64,000 nucleotides of DNA from Phallusia mammillata (Eukaryota), in assembly GCA_965637545.1 (NCBI GenBank), contig OZ281501.1:1116001-1180000 (forward strand), read 5' to 3'. The notes beneath the pieces are model-generated. The model was not told where the DNA came from, did not search any database, and worked only from the letters and a program-made list of their open reading frames with translations. Position numbers and translations under genes: made by a program. This document shows positions 53,515-64,000 of this stretch, in pieces. Numbering within the stretch: position 1 is the first letter of the stretch; each line of letters starts with the position of its first letter.

Positions 53515-53929
53515 TGAATATAGAAGACCACCTGTTGCAGATAACGACAAACAACCAAACCACCAATGCTACTTTTTATTCGTATTAAATATTTAAGTTA
53601 AACTGTTTTCAAGCTTTTATGCTGTACCCAAATTTTGCTGAATGAATACCGTTTCGATTTTATCCTAATAAACCATATATTCGTTATTTGTTCAGTTACT
53701 TTTATTTGTTTTAAGTGTAACAGAATTAGAAGCGTTGTAAGGTTCACGCAAAAAGAGGAGTACAAGTATCAAATGTTCGCACTAAATCGTTCTAAATCCG
53801 TCAAAAACACTGTTGCAGGGTCTTTGTCTTGATACGTTGATGTGTAACATTTTAGGGCGTTCTATGTGTGTTGTACCAAACTACTAAAAGAAATAAGGTC
53901 CCATAAAAGGATAGTGCCGAAGTCACAAG

Positions 53930-54172
53930 GTGACAGTTAAGAACAAAAATCAACAAACAAGGTTTTTACTTTGCCTTTTTACATCCACATATTATCATAA
54001 ATCCCTGAAACGTGAGATCATGTCATGACGAGTATTTCGCTTCATATGCGTGTTGTAAATTTTTCACGCAAATTTGAGAAAACTTACTGCTTGACTTGTT
54101 GCCTGAAAACGAAAAACTCGCGTTTGTTTTGTAGTGGAGGCCAAGGAGCAGAAGAGAATTACTGTGAGGGTA
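53930..54172 (+). pseudogene. Orphan fragment: end of intron 3 plus start of exon 4 (xEAKEQKRITVR / ENYCEG-like) of a C-type copy
   Basis: TTTTGTAG|TGGAGGCCAAGGAGCAGAAGAGAATTACTGTGAGGGTA matches the exon-4 starts of C, E and G, then ends abruptly. Confidence 0.75.
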
Positions 54173-54870
54173 AACAAAAACAGATACATTTAACACAGGG
54201 AATTAGGTATTTGTCCAACAAAATATCTCTCAATAACATTAAAAACGAGTTATTTCTATACCGAGTGTTTGCAAGCTGGTAAAAAGGTGCCAAAGGCCTA
54301 CAGTGTGTTGTTAAAAGCAAATGATAGCGCAAAATAGGAGGCTTTTACTGTCATCAACGTTGTTTTTTGAAAGGTTTGAAACGATTTAAATGCGAACATT
54401 TAGTTGTTAAAAAGGCGTTTGTCCTCATTAGCCCCTCATTTTAAGTGAACCCTATAAAGCTTTTAATCTGATTACACTTAAAAAAAAACTAAACAAATCA
54501 CGTATATCTGGTTTATTATGATGACATCGAAACGGTATTCATTCAGCAAAGTTTAGTTAGAGCATAAAAGGTTGGAAAACAGTTTTACTTAAATATTTGA
54601 TAACAATAAAAAAGAAGATTGGTGACGTGGTTGTTTGTCGACATCTAGGTAGTCTTCTATATTCATAGCAAAAATTCATAAGGTCCGAAGCAACGGCATT
54701 GATTCGTCGCGAAACCCTCTGAAATAGAAAAGTGAACGACATGAGTAACACGTGTTGATAAAAAGTAAGGTTGAGAAGCGGAAGGGTTATTTTAGTTAAA
54801 AAGCAGCAATAAATTGTGCAAGTGGTTTGTGGGGTAAATAAATTAAAAACGCAAAATTTTAGTTTTCGTA
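54171..54870 (-). pseudogene. Inverted fragment of a C-type unit: intron 7 end, exon 8 (54718-54663, EGFATNQCRCFGPYEFLL*), 3'UTR and spacer
   Basis: The reverse complement matches 44655-44990 and the 35700-35880 spacer. Confidence 0.82.
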
Positions 54871-54914
54871 TTGTTTTGTTTTTCAAAAAGTTAGTTTAGT
54901 TTAAAAGTATACCA

Positions 54915-57290
54915 TTAAACATGTACCTTGGAATAAAGATTTCTTTTGAGTAGAGGACCATCCTTGTTTAAAATACACCCGACAACGAATGTATCCAACA
55001 CGAAAACAGTGCTGTCGTTTTGAATAAACATTCGTAAAGCGAACTCAAGAACCTGAAAATAATCATCAATTATAATTTTTGCAGTAATTCTCTTGCAACA
55101 TAAACATTTATCACTGCACAAAAATGAAAGTTACCTCGCTGTCCAACCAGGTGTTGCCTTGCAACGTTTTAAACGAACATAAACGAAGCAAATGTTGTCC
55201 ATTTTGAAGGGACGCCACCACAACATTCGAATCCTTTGACTGCCATAGATCTCGAACCTAAAAAAACAGTTTGTTAAATTTCATCAATTACAGTTCTGAC
55301 ATTACCAAAACTTACCTCCTGGGATCCTGTAACTTTCACCTCACCAGTTTTCTGTCAACATGGGAAAAAGTGTTAATAATAAAAGTGTTAAATAAAAAAA
55401 TAATGGCAAATCAAACACTTGACTAACTTTTGATTCAAACTGAAGAAGTTTTTTGGGAGGTTGAAAATATACTCCCTGGTTTGTTGGACCCGTCTTTGAT
55501 TTTTTTGCCCAAGTTTCCTCCGCGAGATCATGGCATACATTAAGCTTGAAAACGAACAGATAAAATTTAGAGAATGGTTATTTTAAAGACCCCTAAATTG
55601 CCTTATTTAATAATACCTTTTTCCGTTTTACTGGTTTGGTCCTGTAGCCGTCATGAAACTCCCTAAGAACCGGCAGGTTAGTTTCGTCGTAAACCTGTAA
55701 CTCCGCTAAATTTTTAAATTTGCGCCCGCGAAGTCGCGTCCTCTTCAACTCTTGTTGCGATTTTTCCATTATTCCCTGAGTCCGGTTGTTTTTGGCGATT
55801 GTCCAGGAAAATGTTAGATCAGCTAATAGGAGCAAAAAATCAATAATCAACAGTAATCACAGTTAGCAATGTACTATATGTTAAATACCTGAGTTGTTTT
55901 GGAAGACAGATTTTTATAAAATTTCGAGTATTCTTTGTAGCTGGGCAAGGTTCCATGGCGACCCAAGTCTCCTAAATAAATATACAAAAAATGTTGTTGT
56001 ATTTTGTCATTACGTTACAAGGTTTATGAAAGCTTACCTAGCATAATGCCTGACCACAGCAAAAACCATGGCAGAACATGAGTTTGAATGGCATCTATGA
56101 ACTTTGGTGCATGATAAGGGTTGTTGTTAGTTTTTTGGTGCGAGTGTCCGCTGTCTTTTGCTTTTGAAATTATCTCCGCAAAGTACTGTTTGTTTTTTTC
56201 TGATTGGTGGCCGTCGGTGTTTGATAGAAACTCCCCCGAATCCTGCTAAAAGAACAAATATCACGATATTGTTATGGTGAAAAATTCGATGCCAACTTAC
56301 ATCACTTGTCTCCACTTGCATGCAGCTTGGATTTGATTCTATTAGGTCTTTAAGTTCCGCGAAGCTTGCTTCAGCTATTTCTTTACACTTTGTTGTGCAC
56401 ACCACGGCCAGATGGTGAACTACAAAGGAAAGATCAGCCAGCGAGGTTGATAAGACCATCATACCAAAGGTGTGCATCCCGAATTTGTAATGCCGGGGAA
56501 AGCTGAAAAAAGAAATGAAAAAAGGGTTAGTTTTGCAACATTTACTATAACTTAAAAAGGAGTTTTTACAACATTCACTTACTTTTGTTTTGTCATTCGT
56601 TTAGCATTCTTCATTATGTGACTTGCACAAAGATGAAGAAATGGTTGATCAACAAAGGTTTCTTCATGTTTCCCCGTAGCGATTTGCCAGCAAGTCGTCA
56701 AATATAAGTCAATTTGTGTTTGAAACACAAATGAAATAATGGCGTTTATAAGCGCCATACTTCCGTCGCAAATCATCATTCGTGGAAAACTTCTTTTTCT
56801 GTAAACTTTTGCTACTGCATGGCAAAAAGTGTTAAAAAAATTAGAAAGAGCCGGGATGTTGTGCCGAAAGGAAACAAATGTTGCAACGGCGAGTGGTGGC
56901 TTTCCGGGTATTGGGTGGCGCACAACAATTTCATAAACGTAACAGTGTGTTTCGCCGAGGATGATGCTGCCAGTAGCATCAGCATACACAATGTCATCCC
57001 GTGAAATGTTGTGATAAAGTTTAATAAGTTCCTCATTGTACAAAATGATACCTTTGGGTTCCATAAAAGGTGTTGATAGGTCGTTATGACGGGCAGCGGC
57101 TCGTGGCTTTGGAGATAGCCGTCGATAAGGTGTGAAGTTTGAACTTCCATAACTTTTGTTGTACAAATAGGTAGGTAATGAAATTTTGCACAAACATAGT
57201 TGTATACCTCATTAATAAATGCTGTAAATTTCATAAAAATCGATTGGCCGTAACAGTGTTTTATTTAACATTTTAAACAGGTCAATTGTT
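54915..57290 (-). mobile_element. MULE/Foldback-NOF-like transposase remnant with introns and a Ulp1-like C-terminal segment
   Basis: YADATG (D1), MICDGSMALINAI (D2), LHLCASHIMKNAK (CxxH), NPYHAPKF...LPWFLLWSGIML, NNRTQGIMEKSQ (E). One acceptor appears mutated (CCTGG). No TIRs seen. Confidence 0.75.
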
Positions 57291-57344
57291 CATATTTTTC
57301 TGCCTTCTCTGAGATTTTCGAACCAATATGAATTGCTTTTTAGT

Positions 57345-58459
57345 ATTAGTAAGAATCATTCCCTATTCTGTGACCTATCGATTTCCACCTTACTGAAGAT
57401 GCTTGTAATAGCGGAATATATTTGCTCCTTATACTAATAACTAAGCTAACTATAGCTAACTCAGCCTTGAAATAAACGTTTCCAACCGTGTGATACTTTT
57501 CACAATGTCATTTGTTGTGCAGCCAAGGTGGAATGTGCATTGGAATGTCCCAAAACTGACCAGTACCCGATGACCATCCCTTGTGGCTACTGCTTGGCGC
57601 TTTGTGAAGGTAAATACGACAACTTCATCTGATTGCATTGGAACATGTTAGGAAACCCACTTCAATGCGTCTCTACTTGTTGAAATTTACGACAGGAGTC
57701 TTTCCGGTACTCGCGCTCAACACACGAGCTACACAGGCTCGGTGGTAAGCCCGTCGAAATTCGAATCACAAACACCGTTGCCTCCCCTGTACGCTGCACA
57801 TGTCAGTTTCGTAGCACAGGATTTAGCCAGTTCGACCATTGATTACCTAAGATGAATACATTTTTACTGGGAACGTGACCCATGCTAGTTTGAATCCCGC
57901 CACATGCTTGATTTTTCTAGTCTTTACCTTAATTATCATGCCTGGGAATGCCTAGTAGGCCGGCTGATTCGGTATGGCGTCTTTAATGGGTCTGGCTTAC
58001 TACAGTTCCATGTCGAATGGAAATTTCCAAAATGCCTAACACAAGAAAAAATTATAAACTTGAATTTTGCAAAGAAAGAGAGAAACCTTTTTGCCTTCGC
58101 TAACACATTTGCATGTTGGAGCGAATTGTTGCTATTACTTTATGTAACCACTGTATTAACCCACTCCAGTATACACTAATGTTTTGTCTATTACAGCATC
58201 AGGCATAGCAGACTGCAACACAACCTACTGCCAAGCAGAATGTACACGCTGTAATAGTTGTTACATTACATGTGAAGCTGGTGAGTGCTTACGCCCTTGT
58301 AAAGTTGCATAACTTTAGTTGTTTGGTTAAGTCAATGTCCGTCAAACCATACAAACTTTTACGTTTCTTGCTCTTTAAATGAGTCCATTTTTTGCAGATG
58401 ACTTTATTGAGAATGAGTGCGCCTGCATACCAGAAAAGAAGGATTACTGGTGGTATTGA
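57345..58459 (+). pseudogene. A': 3' half duplicate of copy A (last three exons 57523-57609, 58197-58280, 58398-58459)
   Basis: PKVECALECPKTDQYPMTIPCGYCLALCE / ASGIADCNTTYC... / DDFIENECACIPEKKDYWWY*. Upstream exons are replaced by the MULE remnant. Confidence 0.85.
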
Positions 58460-61215
58460 AATGCTTTTTCTTAGTGCTGCATCGTATGTACCATAACATT
58501 CTTGTACACAGAATAAAACAACCTTTTAAACCAATTTTATTCGCGTCTTTACGTCAGAGGCAAGCCTCCTGGGCAGCTAACAAACGAAAAGAGCCAGAAG
58601 GCAAAGATCAAATGTCTTTTAAAACAAACAAATATGTAATTTGGGTGAAAGTTTCCATGATGTTGCTGTTTTAAGCCTTAAGATAAAGTTCTGTAAATTA
58701 AAAAAGCGTTTTTAAAATACCCAGTGGACCTCTTTTGGCGCAGTACAAGAAGATTAGGCAAATATGCTGGATTTCTATGGCACAAACAAATAAATAATGC
58801 ATCATATAGGGAATTACCCGTAAAAAGAAAAAGCGGGCCAAAACAAAAAACGCAAAAATTTGCTTGGCAAAAATATTCGCATTATTTCTCTGCATGTTAT
58901 GTTCAATTCAATCATAACAAACTGAAAAGAAGCGATTTAAAAGTTTCATTTCTGTCAAACTTGATTTGAATATGAACCCAACTTGATTGGGATGCCATAA
59001 AAAATAGTACTATGGATGTAGTTGTTGTGCATAAAGATTGTGTGCAGTGTGTTTAGCAATAAATAACCACCAAGTGTTGATGTTTGGTTGTGCCTGTGGG
59101 ACATGTTGGTCCTGCATGCCCGAGATCTCGTAGGGAACTGCCATGTTCTGCAGACAGGCAAAAAGTGTTCTATTTAGCAGTTCGCAAACAAAGGACACAT
59201 GGGTTGCTACTGGAGTACTGGGTATAAGTGCTTCAACCAGAAAATAACAGTGCATCAAAGTTGAATAAAATCTGAAGTTATACTTGAAGTATTGCACCAG
59301 GGTGTGCTGACAAACTGTATATTTATTTTAAATAAAGTAACCAGTGGTTTTCAAAACAATGTACTTCTATAGGCAACTTTAGCCAAAAAAAATCAATTGT
59401 TTGGGGGGAAAATACATTTAATGTTACAGCGAAACATACTTCATCTTATTCAATCAACAAAAGTTTGTTTGACTGCAGATTACATATTTTCAATAAAATT
59501 CAAAAGTGGAGTAGGTTGTTTGTGCAGGATATGGAAATTATTATTACTGTCATGTGTTAATTCACTTTGATTTGAAGATTTAAATCAGCCTTGTCAGTCT
59601 TACTTTATGGCAAATTCTTATTTTGCTTCAAAAACAGACTTTTAAAGCTATCAAAACATCTTGGAAGGGTTAAGATGTTTTTCTCTTTACTTCTGTTCAA
59701 CATCAGTCACAACACTGACGACGTAAGCTTTTGTCAAAAAACTTAAAGTTAATGTTGACATAAACCAAAGTAAGTGTATGCAGTACAAAATTCATGGTAG
59801 AAAGCATAATATTTTGTCCTTAATTTTAACCATTTTTTAAACATGTTGTCATCACCATCTGGGCTAATATTGTTTGTCTGTTTTACCTTTGCATCATACA
59901 AAATATTTAATGATGATGCAACAGATACTTATGCTGCATGACCCAGTATAGATACAAAGTTTTAGATTCATGTGTTTTACTCATTTGTCATAGTATATGT
60001 AAAATAGGAAAAGCCCTTAGCATTTGCATTTAAAACCACACTGTAGGGCTTTGGCATCTTTTTACCAGCATGCAACCACTGGGTATAAATAGGACTTGTT
60101 TGCCAATTTCAAGCATTTAATGTTATTGAGAGACATCTGTTTAATTATGGATCTCCTGAAGGGGACACATATGTGGAAGTTTGTCAATGCACTTTTGGCA
60201 TTAATTGTTTGAAAGATTTGGATGAAACGTTTACAGATAATGGATATGGCCATGTAGATTTGCCATCTGTTTTGTTTGAATCGATAGCATCAGTATTTAC
60301 CCCACTAGCTGCCAGAATGGGTAAATTTTTAAACAGTATCTGAATTGGATAAAATTTTGATATGTTGTTTATTTTGCCATAGTTGGGTGCCAATTGTTAT
60401 GTTTCACCCTATAGCCCCAGTTTGTACATAATGTTATTTTTAGGTCTCAGTTGTCACATCTTGTCTTGCAGTCAAATCAGCTGCTCCAATTGCCCACTAA
60501 AAAGAGTAAATTTTTTTAACATTGCATTTTATAAAATTTAGACAGTTATGTAGAATAAGCTATTTTGACATGTTAATTGTTATATTTTACCATGTAGCCC
60601 CACCATTTACCTCAGTAACCTCGAAAATTCTTTTATGACCTTATTTATATTCACAGCACTACAATTTATAATAGTTATTTCATGAAATGCATTGTTTAAG
60701 TTGGCGTGTGTGGACCAATGAGTTTCTGACTGCAGAAACAACAAAGGTTATGAAAGAAAGTGGCTAATATGGGACTGATTATTAAAAAAGTTTAGGATAT
60801 ATGCATGTGTTAAGAAATAGGTCCCAGTATGTGTGCAATGACAATATGTACTAAGCCACCCTTGTTATGTTTTTACTTTGATGCATCTGTTCTTGTTGAT
60901 TACAGCATTGCTGGTTGATATAATGCAATAGAACAATACACAGCTCTACACAACACACAAAGGATGGAAAGAGGATGTTGATTGCTTATCACAAATATGA
61001 ATAATAGATTTTCAAAGAAACAAGCTCGGTACCAGCAACAGAACAAAGCACCACAAACATGTGAGAATAAGTCATCTTCCGCCTCATCCTGGCAAAGAGA
61101 AAAAGGTAAACCTGTAAGCTTGCATGGTGTTTAGATGTCGAAAACAAACTATGAGTTGCCAACAGTGCAATGTGTCCTATTGTGATTCGTCCCTTCCAAT
61201 CACATGACACTAAGC

Positions 61216-61571
61216 CTGGGGTGGCCAAACTCTTTTACCAGAGGGCCAAATTTGCAACTGTCTTGCCACTGTAGGGCCGGATTTAATGAGATTTACGAAA
61301 AAAATTGTCGTAACTGGTTGCCATCTTTATTAAAATATATATTATTGTAGTAGAATAACAATAAATAACACCATCTTGGACATTTATTCTAAAAACAACA
61401 AACAACAACGCTTGCCACAAGCTACTGCTAATAGCAGCCAGCGCTGTTGCACTGCTTGTTCACAGTGGTAAATATGGTGCTTGGAAAAAAACAGTCAAGT
61501 TGTTTGGCGGGCCGGATGAAACAGGACTGGGGGCCGGATGCGGCCCGCGGGCCGTAGTTTGGCCACCACTG
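61216..61571. mobile_element. hAT MITE in the upstream block of G
   Basis: CTGGGGTGGCCAAAC ... GTTTGGCCACCACTG. Perfect TSD CACTAAGC. Empty sites at ~29280 and ~36190. Confidence 0.88.
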
Positions 61572-62429
61572 CACTAAGCATTCATCAAGAGGCAATTGGT
61601 GGTAATTACAGGCTTTGCATTTTATTGCTACAGTTTTTGGGCAAAAATGCATTTTAATTGTTCCCAACATTAATAAAATTAGAGACACCCTTAGCATAAA
61701 ATTAACTGTACACTCAATTTAAAATATTCAAAGAAATTTGAAGACGTGGAACAGATAAACTTTTCGTTGAGAAAACAAATTCTAAATGTTCAACTTGGCT
61801 GTAGCACTTTGTAAATGTTCACATCCAAAATCCAAATAGCGGCTGTGTTGAATGAAACATCATCTAGTGGGCATATACTTAGTAGGAGCGTGTTTACCGA
61901 TCACGTGTTGTTGGAACGAGCTTTAGGAGACAATCGAATATAATACACCAAAGCTAAGTCATCTTCCGCAACCGAACACACGAAACCCTCTTCGACAGGA
62001 ACTGCTCACGTACACGAAGAAGGCAGGAGTTTTATACAAATCGAGATACACTTAACTGGTGTGATCAATAGCATTAACATGTTATTGCCTGGCAGTGTGG
62101 GCAAGTTGTTCGATGCGTTGGGTCCGGTCCGGTTAATAAAATGCTTAGTTTATTCGCAAGCCTATGACTTGTAACTATTAAAAACGTTTCCTTGTTTAGA
62201 ATTGGTAAGGCAAGTAACTAAGAACAATAAGCAAGGTTTTAAAGGAGTTTATTCGTGAGCAAAACTGTCAAATAACGTATTCATTTAATACCGTACGGAG
62301 CTATAACAGTGGACGATGTTTGAACGAACTCTACAGTAAACTCTTATTTTATGTTTATGGTGACCTGCTGTATATTGTCTGTGTTTTTAAAATTGGAATC
62401 ATTTTCAGGTTTAAACCGACTTCGGAAAA

Positions 62430-64000
62430 ATGTTGAAAGTTTTGTTTGGATTGTTCCTTTTTGCTCTTGTCCTAGAGTACCAGCAGACAAACGGTAAGAT
62501 ACATTTCAGGGGTTGATATTATTGCTACCCAATATATACGTGACTTGCTTTTTAGGGCGTCTGGTAAAAAGTCCAAACATTTTCCTTTACTTTCTAGTCG
62601 ATTGTTTTTGTTGAATTCTACAGTTAACCTATTTTAAGAATAATTAGCTTTATTGTATCCAGTTAACTAATGAACTTCTATTTCAGCCTGCCCAAGATGG
62701 TGTTTCGCCAGGAACAGGTGTTACGTGCCAGAAATGAACGAGTGCACTGATTGTCTCAAAGGCGTTTGCGGTAAATACAATAGTTAGTTCACTAATACCT
62801 CAGTTAATGTCGGGTCACAATCAAGTAAATCATAATTTATAATTTACAGATAATCATCTGTACTGCTTTTGCATTTATGTCTATAGCGTGAATTGGCTGT
62901 GATGTTAATGAGCAACAATAACCACAGTATGACAAGTCAATATTGTTTGTAATCGTCAAGTGCATTAGGACATCAGGTTATAGATTTTTAGTGTCATGTT
63001 ATAGGCCAAATGTTGCGTCATGGCAAACCATTGCATTGACTGTAAATAGATACCGATAGAGCCCTGATAGTATCAAGAACGCAACCTTAATACGAATCTG
63101 TACGCTTTCTGATTTCTATTTAATCAAACACATCTCTTCTCTTTTGCACTTAAACTTTTTCACGCGAAGTCATTACCAGTTTTTCCGAATATTGTAGTAC
63201 TGTTGTTATCAAACTAAAGAGGAAAAATTACTATTGTTCTGACAGGCAACGACTTTCTAAAGCCATTCGATACACAATTTGGAAGAGCATGTGTCGTTCG
63301 TGCCATGAGAAAAAAATCAGAGTGCAGACAAGAATGTGGAGCAATCAACAAGAAGAAATTAAACAACTACAACAGGGCTTGCAAAAATTGCCTTGAGCCA
63401 TGCATTGGTAAGTTTCAAAGTCGAATTTACAAAGTTGGGATTTTGAATTTCTTGCTGATTTGTTTCGTGTCTTTTATAAGTCGTTGAAAACAAAAACCTT
63501 TTCAAAGGTGTTCGGCAAACTAACAAACTTGATATTTATATTTTTCGGCTCCGATTCGTAATAAAAAACAGAAAACGAGTATTTCACTCCATATGCGTGT
63601 TGTAACTTTTTCATGCGATTTTGTGAACTGCGTGACTTGGTTGCCTAAAAACGAAAAACTCGCGTTTGTTTTGTAGAGGAGGCTAAAGAAGCATCAGAGA
63701 ATTACTGTGAAGGCCCAGCCCCTCCATTCCCCTCAGGCCCCCCAGGCCCCCCAGGCCCTCCAGGCCCCCCAGGCCCTCAAGCCCCTGTATCACAAGCCTT
63801 AGCAACAGACTTCCTAATCAATCCTGTAAAACTGGCGATGGAAGTGATGAAACCGAGGGCGGCCGAAAATATGACGATGCCTGCTCAACCTTGCGGTCCC
63901 TGTTACAACCCCCAAAGCTGTCCAACTGAAATGGAGATGAATGAGCTGCCGCCGTTTTGTCTCACATATCTCCTCTCAAAATGCATGAGCAAGTGCAAAT
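62430..64000 (+). CDS. Cys-rich protein copy G (5' part; runs off the window)
   Basis: Exons 62430-62493, 62687-62770, 63246-63407, 63677-63988 (GC donor). Linker NYCEGPAPPFPSGPPGPPGPPGPPGPQ. Confidence 0.85.

Noticed and set aside
15050-64000. Calling the array vanabins, metallothioneins, fester or GASA/snakin
   Set aside because: Only Cys spacing is similar. Size (~300 aa, 37-38 Cys), composition and lack of TM/sushi domains do not fit, so no gene symbol was assigned.

Overview
AT-rich eukaryotic DNA with short GT-AG introns. It looks animal and is probably a tunicate/ascidian, but that is inference and the species cannot be fixed from sequence. Left part: three intact intron-containing genes, namely a LANCL3-like LanC protein (-), a Sulfotransfer_4-type sulfotransferase with a C-terminal TM helix (-), and a secreted GH16 beta-1,3-glucanase-like protein (catalytic EIDIVE intact) fused to two X8/CBM43-like modules (+), an unusual architecture for an animal. 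From 15 kb to the end there is a tandem array of an unrecognised family of secreted ~300-aa proteins with 37-38 Cys. I label the copies A, B, C, D, E, G, plus a 3' half copy of A (A') and two exon fragments. Most coding exons encode a ~6-Cys module bounded by phase-1 introns. The spacing recalls ascidian vanabin/turgencin helical hairpins. A hypervariable linker is a furin site in A, poly-Pro in C, a collagen-like (GPP)4GPQ in E and G, and deleted in D. The array shows birth-and-death evolution: mosaic copies, frameshifts, a shared GC splice donor, an inversion, and a segmental duplicate lacking gene B. It is interspersed with hAT MITEs, a CACTG/EnSpm element, a truncated Gypsy, a MULE/NOF-like remnant and tRNA-derived elements. 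All gene models were spliced by eye, and boundaries may be off by a few bases.
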